A stretch of 64,000 nt of DNA from contig CAVNZM010000006.1 in NCBI GenBank assembly GCA_963693365.1, positions 248,001 to 312,000 on the forward strand. The letters are read 5' to 3'. Under the pieces are notes generated by a model that did not search any database, was not told the DNA's origin, and saw nothing but the letters and a program-made list of their open reading frames with translations. Within the stretch, counting starts at the first letter, position 1. Each line of letters starts with the position of its first letter. Below, in pieces: positions 32,064 through 57,518 of this stretch. The translations under genes were made by a program, and so were the position numbers. This DNA comes from Amoebidium appalachense. Its lineage: Eukaryota > Protista > Ichthyosporea.

Positions 32064-32851
32064 ATGACCGTCCCAGCCACCGCCACCGGCCTGCTGCCCG
32101 TGCAGCAGGGCTATGACTTGTGGGCGCAGCACTATGATGGGGACTGTAACCCGCTGTGTGCTGCCGAGCAGGCTGTGTTCTGGCGCTAGGCTGGCCCGGC
32201 CCTTGAAAAGGCCTTTGCACGCGCACAGAGGGAGGGCAGGCACGTGCGTGTGCTGGAGCTGGGTTGCGGCACGGGCAGTGCGCTTGCCGTGGGTTAGTTA
32301 CTACATACACGGGGTGGCCACCTTATATAGTGGTGGACTTTAGCGAGGGCATGCTGCAGGTGGCAAGGGAAAAGACAGTTAGGGCAGGGCTGCAGGACAC
32401 AGTGTCGTTTGTGCGCCACGACCTGACCGTGCCCCCCGCCATGCTCATGGAGCTGGCAACAAACCCCGCCCAGCCACCAGTATTTGACGTCATCTACAGC
32501 ACACGGATGCTCGAGCACCTTCCAGACCTTCTTCCTCTTTTCCGCCAGGCCAGAGAGCTACTTGTGGAAGGTGGGCAGCTTATTGTAACTACGGTGCACC
32601 CGAACCAGTACATACGCAAGGCTATGCGTGCACGGTTTATTGACCCGGACACGGGGGTAAGGCGTGAGCTAGAGGGCTATGGCTACGAGATAGAGGAAGT
32701 GGCGGGGGCACTGCGGCAGGCCGGGTTGACGTTTGTGTCGGTGCCTTATGACGAGGGCGTGCTGACGGCAGAGCTCAACGCACAGACTAACGGTAGGGGG
32801 GACAAGTATCTCGGCCAGAAGATGGCCGTGGCCTTTGCCTGTGTGGCCTGA
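32064..32851 (+). pseudogene. Class I SAM-dependent methyltransferase (BioC-like N-terminus), apparently intronless and disrupted
   Basis: ATG at 32064: GYDLWAQHYD..NPL, then an in-frame TAG at 32187, VLELGCGTG in the same frame, a second TAG at 32295 and a frame change to VDFSEGML..FDVIYS..LEHL..LVEGGQL. Confidence 0.75.
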
Positions 32852-35391
32852 GGCCGTCACACTTGCTGTGCACACGGACTGACTTGACTTGTGCTGCGGA
32901 AACACGTACAGGCCGGCAGTGGGAGCAACGTGCATGGTCAGAGCACAGCACCACCACCACACCACCTTTATTGATTGGCGGTCCACTTACATACATGTCT
33001 TAAATGCCCAAAACTGCACCAGGACTCAGATTTAGCGTGAGACTTTACTGTGCCCGGTTTGGCCCCTTTCAACCTGCTGCACCCTTCATGGATGGTTCGC
33101 CTCTGCCTTCTTTCATAGCTAGCTGTGTTCTGGGTTGAGACACAACAGGCATGATTTCGTCAGTTTGCACTCTTGAGGTGCTTCCGGATTTCCATGTTTC
33201 TTCCCGGACATCTGCCCCCGGGGACTGTCCTGATAGTTAAGCGTGCACATTCTGCCGTTTTTTTTTTTTTGTTTTTTTTTTTGTTGTTGTCTGACTAGTA
33301 GTGGCAATCCCATCCACACACTTTCTGGCATATCATCCGATAATTGCCTCTTCTGCCCCCGATCCATCAGAAAGTGCTTGAGAGGTAAACGTGAAGGGCA
33401 TGCATGAGATGCATTTTTCAAAGTTTAGTAAATTAGTCCAAAACCAATCTTGCAGAGTAATTAGAATCAGTATATTCCTACCTTAGCCTACTGGAAATAT
33501 ACATGTAATAATGTTTCCCTGCCCGGACACTTAGTGCACGGTGTGGAGCCGTTAAAGGAAGGTGAACTTTCAAAATCCTGCTTGATGTGCTTTTGGCGGC
33601 CTTGAGGGCCCTTTTCGTGAACTAACAGTGACTATGTTGTGAATGTACGTGCGACACCTGTGTGCGCTCGTGTGTGCGTGTGTGTGTGCACGCGCGCGTC
33701 CGTGCGTGCGTGCATGACACTGTGTATGAGTGCGTGTGTACGCGTGCGTGCGTGCATTTATTGCGTGTGTGCATGTGTGCATGTGTGACACTGTGTGTGT
33801 TTGTGTGTGTGTGCCACGTGTGTAGGATGTGGGGGGGGGGGGGGGGAAATGCGGGGGGGAGGGGGGGAGCTCAGCAGTTATCCACCAACACATACATGTA
33901 AAGTATGCATATGGGCTGTTACGAGAAATTACCTAGCTGGCTATATGTAGCTGCAGCGCAAGCATGCGCTGTGTGTGTGCTCCAACTCAGTATTAAACCC
34001 GGCAATATGAATTAGATACAGATACAGATAAATATGGATAGCGGCAATGATCCCCCCCCGGCTTCCCCCCCCCCCCCCCCCCCCCCCCCAACCACCACCA
34101 CCACCACCTTTGCTCCCCATTGTAATGTGTTACCCCTTTCCCAATGGGCAGACACTGTTCACAAAAATTCGCACAACACTTAGAATAACACGTGCACCGT
34201 GACGCCTGCCTGCGCACCGTACATGTACGTACGCACGTACACACACACACACCAAGAGACTACTCTAACGACACGGCCACGCACGCGCACACAATGATAT
34301 TATGGTACACACGCTCGCACACGGTACACATGGTGGTGGTGGGGGGGGGGGAGGGGGGGGAGAAGGGGGGGATTTACTTTAATGGCCATCACAGCCAACG
34401 TGCGCCTGTGTGTGCACGTGGGCCCTTGTCGTGCTCAGTTGGGGCCACTTTTATTTGTGTGTCGTATAAGGGAGTATTGCAATTTCTGGCCAACCACAAA
34501 ACATGGTGGGTATATGCACGTACTAGGACACGTGTGCACTGGTATGTGGCCTGCTTCCCCCTCCCCCCCCTCCTCCCCCCCCCCCCCCCCTCCCCCCTCC
34601 CCCCTTCCCCTTCCCCTCCCCCCGCCCGCCCGCCCGCGCCCGCCCTAATGCCCCGCGCCCGCCCTAAGGCCCCTCCCCCGGATCAAGACGCCGGGAGAGG
34701 AGTGGGGGGTAAGGGGGTTCGATTGAGTAGCTGGAAATACAAAACCATGCCCCTTGTAGGTCCCCTCCCGGATCCATCTCCCTCCTCCCAGGCCCTCCCC
34801 CCCCCCCCCCCCCCCCCCCCCCCCCGTCCGCCAGCCTCGGTTCCCCGGACCTACTGGCTCCCGTACGCGCACGTTTCCAGAACAGCCGGTTCTGGAGGTA
34901 AAAGGGCGGGCGGGGGGGGGGGGGGGGGGGAGGAAGGGGTCAGCCCACAAGGGGGTTAAATGCAGTGGTTTCATCTGCTGCACACCTCACTTTGCATGCA
35001 TGCACATGTAAATCACCTTGCAGTTTTTGATCAGGTTTGAAAGGCCTGATTATGAACACACGTCACGACACCTATTTACACCCACACACACACATACTCG
35101 GGTTACGTGCGGTACATGTCACACACATCTTGTGTGCGTATACGTGCTGTGATGCCCATTCTCATGCAGTGTCCTTGCGCACCAATCACATGGAGTCCAC
35201 AAACATGCTGGAAATTATTTTGGTGTGGAATGCTTCAACACAGTCTTGGGACTAAAAGGCGGCCTGCAGCCCCTGTGTGCACGTGCATGGGGATGCTGTC
35301 TTTTCTTTCTTTTTTTTTTTTTTGTGTGTGTGTGTGTGTGTGTTGTGTGCGTGTGTGTGTGGTGGTGGTAGGGAGGGAAGGGGTGGCGGGG

Positions 35392-35806
35392 TTTGAATGC
35401 GTCAAAAAGTACGAAGTACACAAGAACAAACGGATAACACCATGCAGAATGCAAGCCATAGATAAATAGTATGCATAATAAGCAGAGCCCATCATCAGGG
35501 GGGCCCCACGTCATCCACAGTACCCGAGTTTCGACCTATTCACCTGGGGGGGGGGGGGGGGGGGTTTGAATGCGGAACACAGTACGAAGTACGCATACAC
35601 GATGAGAAGCATGGTGCAGGACACATGCAAAGGCAAACATTCAAGTATGCAGCATCAGCCATGCGCACAGTATGCGTCATAAGCAGAGCCCATCCTCAGG
35701 GAGGGCCCAAGTCATCAATTGCGTCTGAGTTTCGACCCCTTAGCCCGCGTATATACGACGCTCCAACTCAGACAGCAGCATCAACTGAACTTGGGTGGGT
35801 CAACCC
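35392..35806 (+). mobile_element. Two adjacent G-run-anchored repeat copies (subfamily 1 at 35392-35545, subfamily 2 at 35565-35806) separated by a G-run
   Basis: Both begin GGGG-TTTGAATGCG and end in G-runs; they match the copies at 10242 and 28111 respectively. Confidence 0.8.
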
Positions 35807-36024
35807 GGGGGGGGGGGGGGTTGATTCATGAAGATCAGGCGAGCCCTCACATAGACAGTACATTTTTACTGTAATCGAATACTCAAAGCAAAATCTACTG
35901 TGGACCAGCACAATAGCACCAACAAACTTGCATGTTGGCCCAGTATACGTCTGCAAACTTACAAACCAGCTACAACATTTATTATCGTAAAGTTTCATCT
36001 TATGCCCTCACTCACTAACATCTA

Positions 36025-48236
<12,212 letters not shown>

Positions 48237-48771
48237 GTTGGCGGTTTGTCTGCAGCAACCGCCGCACACACACTGCTAGGGGGTACTCTACAAACGTATG
48301 CAAAGCCTAACCGCCTAGTCGGCGGTAACTGTGCCGCGCTTTCAATCTACCGTTGGTTTCCCTATTCCGGTCCTGTTTTCTGGCTAGGACAAGCTGAGCC
48401 GTGCAGTTGTGACGAGAAACGGGAAGGATTGCGCCTTTCGACCTTTCGGCCGGTTTAAAAATCATGTAGGTTATCTTGGCATCAACGATTTAAATATAAC
48501 GGAATCTGCCGATTTCAAAAAGTTTATAGCGTAACAAACGGATATGATTCGTTTACTGCAAGATTAAATTTTGGTATTCGGAATTATTACATCATACAGT
48601 AATCAAGAAGGTGGGCTATGATTGGCTCTATGAAATACTGGCAGGTATATAATCGCTTGTCCTGTCACTCTTCTTGAGGTTGCCCTGTGTGTAAAGGGGT
48701 AGTTTTTGCCCTTTCAGAGCGAACTCTGCAGTTTCCATACCGTAGCGCAGTAGAATAAAATATAACACAAC
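48237..48771. promoter_or_regulatory. Probable bidirectional promoter for RPB1 and PYURF
   Basis: Divergent ATGs about 535 bp apart; repeat-free spacer with a GATTGGC (reverse CCAAT) box near 48620. Confidence 0.5.
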
Positions 48772-49077
48772 ATGGCCTTCTGTGCGCTCGTGTCTACAGG
48801 GACTGTCCTTTTGCGACGAGCACCCTCTGTGGCTGCCCCAGCCACCCGCTTGTTGAGTCACAGCTCAAGTGTAAAACCAGAGGCCAACCCCGTGCCTGCA
48901 GACCTTATGGCCGTGCTTGCGTGCCCGCTGACCAAGAAGCCTCTACGGTGGGACCCCAAGGAACAGGCCTTGGTCAGCGATGATGTCAACGTGGCCTATC
49001 CGGTGGTTAATGGGCTGCCAAACTTGAACCCCCACACTGCTCGTCTGCTGAAGGACACAAAGTCGCAACAAGCATGA
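48772..49077 (+). CDS. PYURF: Mitochondrial preY / Trm112-like protein, intronless
   Basis: Presequence-like N-terminus followed by LMAVLACPLTKKPLRWD..LVSD..VAYPVVNGLPNL, the Trm112p-like/preY signature. Confidence 0.85.
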   Translation: MAFCALVSTGTVLLRRAPSVAAPATRLLSHSSSVKPEANPVPADLMAVLACPLTKKPLRWDPKEQALVSDDVNVAYPVVNGLPNLNPHTARLLKDTKSQQA

Positions 49078-49431
49078 ATCTAGTGTGTTGTGTTTGAATA
49101 GCCCAGGGCTGAGGGTGCGACACATGAAATACAAATTAAAAGCAAGGCAACCCCGATTCTCTTTTCACCCTCCTCAACCTGATGTCCTGCATACCCTTCC
49201 TTGATGCCTCTCCGTAGTTTTTCTACAGCTGGCTTACATTTCAGGTGGTTCACTATTTCAGATGAGTTAAAAAAGGCAGCTGGTCTGCCGTGATGGTATA
49301 TAAAGTCAGTAAGTCAAACGCAAATAATACCGTACAAAGTTACAAGCGCATCCTCCTTGTAATGTCCTGTGTGGGCAGTACTATGGAAGAATGTACTTTG
49401 GGATTGCAAGCCGTTACATACCCCTCTCCCC

Positions 49432-49486
<55 letters not shown>

Positions 49487-49911
49487 TTCCCCCTCCCCAC
49501 CCTTCCCCAGAGGAAGGGAGGGAAGGCGGGGGAGGGGGTGGAGAAGGAGAGGGTTAGTAGCGGGATCCTTTATTCGCAACTTCCAGTATGGCTATGCATC
49601 TACATTGACACCAGCTGACCAGCTCTTGTCACCTTGCCAAGTGTGCTGTACTGTGCCGTACGCGCTCCCTCTGATTCTCTGAAGCATAGATTTCTGTGAT
49701 GTGCCCCATAGCACCAAATTGCATCTGACAACCTGTAGCTTTTTCGGCCGCATTCCTGTTATCGAGTTGAGCCCCCCCTGAGCGATGCACATGGACACGA
49801 TCGAGGCTCACCCGCATCGATACATGTGCACAAAACTTTCATGCCGCCGGACCGTGCTTTTTGCTTCTCAGTTTCTTTTCTTGTTGTAGGGTTTCCCTTT
49901 TAGCCGGCAAG

Positions 49912-51870
49912 ATGGCCAAGGATAAGGAGTCTAAGAAGAGTAAGAAGGACGTCGACGCTGGGGATAAGTCGTCTAAGAAGGAAAAGAAGGAAAAGAAGGA
50001 GAAGAAGGAAACGGCGGAGGAGGGCGAACAGGAGTTTGACTATGACACCCTGCTCAAGCGCGTGAGCATTATTTCAAAGCCCATGGCCTCAAAGAAACTT
50101 ACTACAAAACTGCTGAAAGCTACAAAGAAAGGTAATTGAGTTATTGGTTCTGGGGATAGGAACATGCTTTGGGTGTGTTGGCTGTACTTGTCTCTAGCTT
50201 CATACCGAGATTAATGGAACGGAAAAATGCATCATAAGATTTCTCTGCTCTCGTTGGTAGTGAAGCATCTTGTAACAAAGCACTGACTTTTTTTCTGCAG
50301 CCGCAAAAGCGAAGGCTTTGAGGAGAGGAGTGAAGGAGGTTGTTAAGGCTGTCAGGAAGAACGAAAAGGGGTAAGTTTTTGCAGTGAACGTGGGTTGCAG
50401 GAGGACATGTCTTTTTTTTTGGCTTAGACATCTGCTGAATTTTACCCCATTGGTTTTTTACGTAGGACACGGAACCGGCTGTTGGGTTGCAGCTTTCAAG
50501 CCCTTTGCTTCCCCGTTTTTACTTGTGGACAGCTTGTACTACATTTTGCCGTGTGGGCTCAACATGTAGCTGTCTGAGTCGTGCATAGATAAGCTACGGT
50601 GGGGTTGGTTTTACGTGTGAATGCTTGGTGATTTGGGGAGGCGGTATAGAGGAGTGTTTCTTCGTCTGGAATATGTGACCGGCTCTTCTTTTCCACGTTT
50701 ACTTGCAGTGGTAGTGCTCTCTCGTGTTGTGGTAAGGGGCTTGCTTGGTGTGCTTGTGTGTGTGCGTTTTTTTTGTGTGCGTGCGTGCGTACTGTTTGGA
50801 GGGGGGGGGAGGGGGGGGGGGGGGGGTACTAAATCTGCAGGGCCATGTGGTGGGGTCACAAACTGTTTCCTGCCTTGTCTAATAGACACAAGGATAAGCC
50901 CGCTATTATGATTGATGCACATTCACCTGCACTATGTTCAGTGTACCCCCCAAGACTCTGTAACTGTGTTGTATGCAAGCAGGAGCACGGTGGTGGTGAA
51001 GTGTGCGTGTGGGTGTGAGCACCGTGAGCGGTACTGTACAGGTTGGCAGGGCTAGTAAGGGGGAGAGCATGGGGAAAGACTTATGTTATCTTCTGTGTGC
51101 CTATGGTTTTATTGCTGTGTGGGGTTTAGGGGAGTTTTTTTTTTTGCTGCTGTCTATTACGTTGCTGTTGGCCTTTGCCGTAAACCCACAGGCTCTAGTT
51201 CTCTTGCATCGTTGACATCTGCTGCTCTCTTTCTCGTTTTCATTTTAGTTGAATGTAGTTTTGGCATCTAGACGTGTGAAGGTGGTGTGGTCCACTGTGC
51301 CCACACGACCGTTCACCACTCTGCGCGCCACACGATTATGCCCGTATGTGTGTCCGTGTGTTCTTGTGCTTGTGTGAGTGTGCGTGCGTTTGCGTGTGCG
51401 TGCACGTGTTTTGTGTGCAAGGGAACTGAGCCTGTTGCATACCCTGCTGTGGTTGTGCACAAACACTAGGGCTGGTGTGCCTGTGCATGCTCTTGTGTGT
51501 GTATCCCTGAACTGGCATAAAAACATTCGTGCATGTTTGTGTGACTGTGTCTGTGTTATTTCCACATGTCTTAGCAGTGCATGAGTGCTGGCCGTATGAG
51601 GATGAACATTAGTATATAGGCTAGTGAACTCTCTGTGAGCATATACATGCAACCAACCTCAGGGTGGCGCACAGCAAAGCACTTTTTGTGGGCCTTTTCT
51701 TCTTTGGTTATCTGTTCTCCATGCGCTCTAATTGCACACGGCAAAAGCTCATGCATATATGGAGAGACATGACAGTGGCCTTGGTCTGGGTTGGGCTCCC
51801 TGTGGTGGCGGGTGATGAGTTTTTCTTTTATTTTCTATCTCTCTCTCTCTCTCTCTCTTTTTTTTTCTGT

Positions 51871-51904
<34 letters not shown>

Positions 51905-52384
51905 GGGGCAGGGGGTGTATGCAGGCAATACTCACTGATTCACGTGTGCACATACACGGTGCCAACACCATACTTATTTGCATGGGTCCAAGGGCATGTG
52001 CACACGTTGCTCCCCTTCCTGCATACCAATTCTTTGGCATACATGCATACTCTTTGCTCGGGGTGCAGAACTCACCCTATCCCACGAACCACACACGATT
52101 TCTTTCGTTTGAAACGGTGGCATCTTGTTCTAACACGCTGGTGTTGCAGTGTTGTTGTGATTGCAGGGGATATCAGCCCTATCGACGTGATCAGCCACCT
52201 GCCCATCCTGTGCGAGGAGAAGGAGATCCCCTACTGCTACGTGCCCTCCAAGCAGCAGCTGGGCCTGGCTGGAAACACAAAGCGCCCCACATCGTGCGTG
52301 CTGTTCCGCACACACGAAGACTACAAGGATACCTTCGATGAGTGCGCAAAGGGTATGTGTGGTGTGCAAACACCCCGTTTATGA
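49912..52384 (+). CDS. NHP2: H/ACA RNP subunit NHP2 (L7Ae family); 3' end uncertain
   Basis: ISKPMASKKLTTKLLK / LRRGVKEVVKAVRKNEKG / VVIAGDISPIDVISHLPILCEEKEIPYCYVPSK..TKRPTSCV. A possible donor at 52353 could lead to a short last exon ending at 52787. Confidence 0.92.
50168..50280 (+). ncRNA. Candidate intronic H/ACA snoRNA in NHP2 intron 1
   Basis: Hairpin (ggtgtg/catacc, ggct/agct), then AGATTA (ANANNA, 50208), a second hairpin (ataagat/atcttgt, ctgct/ggtag) and ACA at 50275 plus 3 nt. No target was identified. Confidence 0.35.
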
Positions 52385-52669
52385 TACGTGTGTGTGCATG
52401 GGTGGCTGTGTGTTGTTTTTGGACTGTTGTGCCCTTGATTTGAACTGTGCAAAACTTGAGCGTAGGCTCTTTTTTTCTTGCATGGTCTATAGGTGTGTCC
52501 TTGTTTGGATTTCTGCTATCATCGCTTCTTATTCATGCTTCACTGTGTATCACGTTCTACCCCCCCTCCCCCCTCCCCCCCCCCCCCCTCCACACACACC
52601 ACTCACGTTCTACCCCCCATCCCCTCCCCCCCTCTCCACACACACATACACACATAGACACACACACAC

Positions 52670-52710
<41 letters not shown>

Positions 52711-52966
52711 CTCTCTCTCGCGCACGTGCGCGCGCACACAAAATAGCCGACGACGATGAACTTTCACCCTTCACACACTCGCGCTAGAAACGGAAGAAGG
52801 GAAAAATCATAGGTTACCACTGCACACACACATGCCCTGGCGTACATCCATTTGCCTTCTCCTTTCTTCCCCTCCTTTCCCCCGTATCGATCAATTCCGC
52901 TAGGCAGCCTGGTATAGTTTGTTAGATGGGGAGCGGGGGTGCTTGCCTTTTTCGGGGGAAGGGGGG

Positions 52967-53001
<35 letters not shown>

Positions 53002-54302
53002 GAGGGCTCGGGGTTGGGGACATGTTTGCGTGTGAGCAGGGGAGGAAGGGGAGAGGGAATTGTTGGGCTTGGGTGTGGGTGGTGGTGGTGGTGCTGTGTG
53101 CGTGTGCAAGGGCTGGTGGTGTTTGAGGGGGGAGGATGGGGGGGATGTGAGGGCTTGTGGTGTTGTCTATCCTGCCTAGCTTGCATGCCAAAGGTTATCC
53201 CGTGGGGCCATACTGACGGGAGGCTTTTGGGCACACAGAGATCGGCAAGCTGCCACACCCGGTATAGGCAACCCTGGATTTCCTGTATTGTTATTGGCTA
53301 CATATCATGCGCACCATATATGGGCGGATGAAAGAATGGAGTTGGGGCGGGCTACTATAGATAGTTCAGGTGGGGTGGGGAGGGGTTGAGACATGGATTT
53401 TGTGATGGTCCCGGCTGGCCACAGCGAATGTAATTAAAGATCAGTGTAGGTCGTGATATCCGACCTACTGTCAGTATAATCCCTGGCTGTCAACATCCTG
53501 AGACTCCCTCCCACAGTCACATACGTACAGGCCATGCATATACACACACACGTGCACGATGTCATCCAGGCACACACAACGATGAAATATCTTTTCTACC
53601 CACCACCACATGCATACACCCTTTCTGGTGGCCCCTCTTTGTTTCACTGTGCACACATGTGCCTTGGGGCACTGCAGCGCATATCAACCTGCAGTTTCTG
53701 TAACAGTTGCCGTTTTTGTGGTGCTGCAAGTGATTTCACAGGCTCCTGCCAGTGCATCCCTACACCGTGCACGTGGGCTGCAGTGCACGGACTGCATTCG
53801 TGCACCTGAAGGCACGTGTGTGCATACACGTGCTGCACAGAAATGCACCTTCGTGGCCCACTTTCACCCACCAGATTTGCAAACCCAGGCCTGGGGTGGG
53901 GGGGGATGATATGATCTAAATATAGGATCAGTCTATTGTTCAAGAGCTATTTTTAGGCAACATGTGTGGCTGGCCCGCATGTTGGCTCACCGCGGCGACC
54001 CGCCGGTGCACGCGCACGCATGTTCGAAAAGCGGTTGCGTCGCGGCCGCGCGCCACACTCCCCGACCTTACCACCTGCCTGCTTACCCTCTGCTCCCTGT
54101 ACACGTACACGTAGAACAAAGTTAGGCAGCGTCCCTCTGTGGCCACTATACTTTACATAAGAGTTTAAAGAAGTGCGTGGAGGCATAGCAGTCTTGCTAG
54201 GTTCTGTTTTTCGTTCGCCATCACCACCCCGCTAGCGCAGTAGTCAGCTAGCAATTACCATATCCACGCCACACCCTTAGAGAGAGACACACACACAGCA
54301 CT

Positions 54303-55194
54303 ATGTCGGTCAGGTGTTTGGCACGTGTCTCGTCAGTCGCCGCCCAGGCTGCCCGTGCCACCGTGCAAAGGTATACGCCATACCCCAATTACTGTCTGTG
54401 TGCGTGCGCCGTGTGTTTGATGTGCCTAGTGTTGAGAGCTGAAGCAAGCCAGAGAGAGAGGGATTGTGGGCGGAGGGTGGGTCACAGGGTGTATGCATCG
54501 TGAGGTTTATGTTCTAGTGTGTTTGTGCCCGCTCTGGCCTCATGCTTGTTCCTTTCTGTGTACCCTGTCCATCTTTCTTTGCATGTTCGAGTGTTGAAAC
54601 TTTCCGGTTGCACACCCAACCCCTCCTTCAGTCTATGTCAGCACAACCACCTATAAAGAACACTATTACCGTCACTTTATTTACCCTGGCCTTTCCTGTC
54701 GTGAGGGGCCCGACGCTGCATTTAAGCCCTAGTTGCCTGCTTTCTCTGTTCCTTGTAGCTCTTTGGTGATGTTGACGTCGTCGTGTGCTCCTTACACTGG
54801 CACTAATCTGCCTCTGCTCTGCGCAAATTTCTTCCTCATGGTTTTCGAAGCATGATTGAAGTCCATGAATTAGGCTTTGCAGCTTGCCGCCCTCCCACCA
54901 CGGCCGCAGCCACCATTTTATGAATACGCTCACCCTTTCCTCTCTCTCTCTGTGTGTCTATCTATCTATCTATCTCTCCCCCTCCCTCCCCCCTCCCCCC
55001 ACCCCTTCTCTCTCTCTCTCTCTCGCTCTCGCTCTCTCTCCCCTTCTCTCTCTCTTTGTCTCTCCCTTTTAACACCCCCCCCTTGCCTCTGCAACTCCTA
55101 TTGCTCTCCCCTCCTCCCTCTCCTCTTGCTCGCTCTCCCCTCCTTCCCTTCTCCGTTCAGTCCTTTCCTTCTATCTCCATTACACACACACACA

Positions 55195-55246
<52 letters not shown>

Positions 55247-55956
55247 CTCGCTCTCTCGCTCGCTCGCTCGCTCCCACCTCCCTCTTTCTTACAAAAACAC
55301 ACAATATCACACACACACACACACCCACACACACACACACACATTTTCACTCTCTCTCTATCTCTCTTTTCCCGCATCCCCTCCTTTCTCCTCCATTCCT
55401 GGCCAGATGTTTTGGGGGCTCCTCTAGCATCCTCCCTTCCCGCCTGTCCCCCTGGTGCGACTCCCCCCCCTTATTATGCATACTCTTTATGTATGGCTTG
55501 CATTCTGCATCGTGTTATCCGTTTGTTCTTGTGTACTTCGTACTTTTTGACGCATTCAAACCCCCCCCCCCCCCCCCCCCCCGCTCGAGCACTTGTGTCT
55601 CTGGTTCCCGCTTTTCCCCAGCGCTGTCTCTGCCCACATCTTCTGCCGGACAAGCCTGCACTTGACGCAAACTAGTTTTACTATGTCTCACTCTTTTTGT
55701 ATTTTCCCTTGCTGCCTCTTTGCCGCATATTTGATAATAACCCAATCTGGAATGTTGTGGGTACTATTCACTGCTACTTCTATCTTGGTAAAGTCTCAGT
55801 CCATTTCATGCCGTTTCTGGGTGCTCTCTCCCAAGGGCCCACTATCTATGAGTCATGACTGACAGTCTGATAGGGTCTCATGTTTGTCTGTGTGTTTCCT
55901 TGCCCCCGTGTGTGTCACTCTCCCCTCCGTGTGTGTATGGGTCAGTAGATGTGCGG

Positions 55957-56010
<54 letters not shown>

Positions 56011-56438
56011 TTGGTGTCTGTGTGTGTGCGTTTTGGGGTGGGGGGGGGGGGGGGGGCAGGTTTGGCGGCTGTGTTGCACCGTATTTTGCCTTCCCTTCCA
56101 CTGTTGTTGCCTGCTAGTCCAGGCTGTCATCGTGCCACTGTTTCGGTGCTTTTCTGCCTTCCTCGTCTGTCAGCGTCTCACTCTCTAGCCGTAGCATCTC
56201 TCTTCTATGCCTGAATTCTTTGCTGATTTATCATGTTTGTGTCTTCGGTCATGCTGATGGGTGCGTAAAGCATTTCCATGCGCCCCCCTCCCTCCTTCCT
56301 TCCTCCCTCCCCCAAATTGGCGCCCTTATGCTTAGTATTTTGCCCCTAGCGGATGCCGAATTTAGCCATTTCACGTGTAGACGGTGTTTGCACTTATCTG
56401 GTGGCATCGATGGTGATATCCACAAATATGGTTCATTA

Positions 56439-56475
<37 letters not shown>

Positions 56476-56646
56476 ACCTCCCCGTTTTATGTTTTCCTGC
56501 ACAGTTGCTTTCCGTTCTTCCTGCTTTCCCCGACCCCCTTGACTGCTTTTTCCTTGCACTCACCTTTGAAGGCTACCCCTGTGCTCGTATCCAGCAATGG
56601 CCTTTGAATGTGTGTTCGTGTGTGTGTGTGTGTGTTTCTGTCTTTT

Positions 56647-56677
<31 letters not shown>

Positions 56678-56835
56678 ATGGAATTTGCTGCACCTCCTTG
56701 TGGTATGTGACTCCGTTTAGGATGTCTTGTGCTATGGCTGTTGTATGTGCTAGAGGTAGCTGCACATGGGCCGGGCTTGAGAGCTGGTCTCTGCCTTGTT
56801 TCGGTTTATGCATGCCACACACTAGGCCCAATCCC

Positions 56836-56908
<73 letters not shown>

Positions 56909-57097
56909 TCCGCACACATGAAGCAAACATCCACCAGCCCCACACCTTGACCTATGATGCACACAGGCAAGCGCCGGCTGCGGCAAGCATTGTTGCATGG
57001 AGACACTACAGCACGGCCAACCCCAAGCTGGAGGGCATTGCAGATGACATTGCATCTCTCAATCTGCTCGAGGTGGCAGACCTGGTCACGCTGCTGA

Positions 57098-57133
<36 letters not shown>

Positions 57134-57473
57134 GAGCAAGGGGGGAGGGGCGGGATACGTGTTGGTGTGCACGAGGATGGGTCCAGCCCTCCATGTGCTC
57201 TAAAGAAGGAATGATCTTGGTTGGATGCTGGGGTGATTGGGGGGGGGGGGGGGGGGGGGGGTCGTTGTCGTGGGGAAAGGTAATGGAGAGAAGGGAGGGA
57301 GGGGGGTTGCATGAGGACTGTGGCTTCTTGAGGGCTAACTCTTCTTTAGCTAACTGGATGATTATGTTCCTTCAATAATGTGTTGTGCCGGCTGTTAAAT
57401 TGATATTCGGTTCTGTTGTGGCTATGCTGACTGTACATGCCCCATGATGACCACACATGTGCACGTGCATGTA

Positions 57474-57518
<45 letters not shown>

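Noticed and set aside
32187-32297. TAG reassignment or readthrough
   Set aside because: SMN, NT5C3-B, RPB1 and MRPL12 all end on TAG at expected positions, and a frame change is needed anyway.
35480-35540. Hammerhead ribozyme in the G-anchored repeat (CUGAUGA/CUGAGGA and CGAAAC on the minus strand)
   Set aside because: The segments are not in an order that gives a standard fold, stem II cannot pair, and CUGANGA is not conserved in the diverged copies.
52790-54190. Possible small minus-strand gene between NHP2 and MRPL12
   Set aside because: Some splice-like signals are present, but no consistent reading frame or recognisable motif could be assembled.
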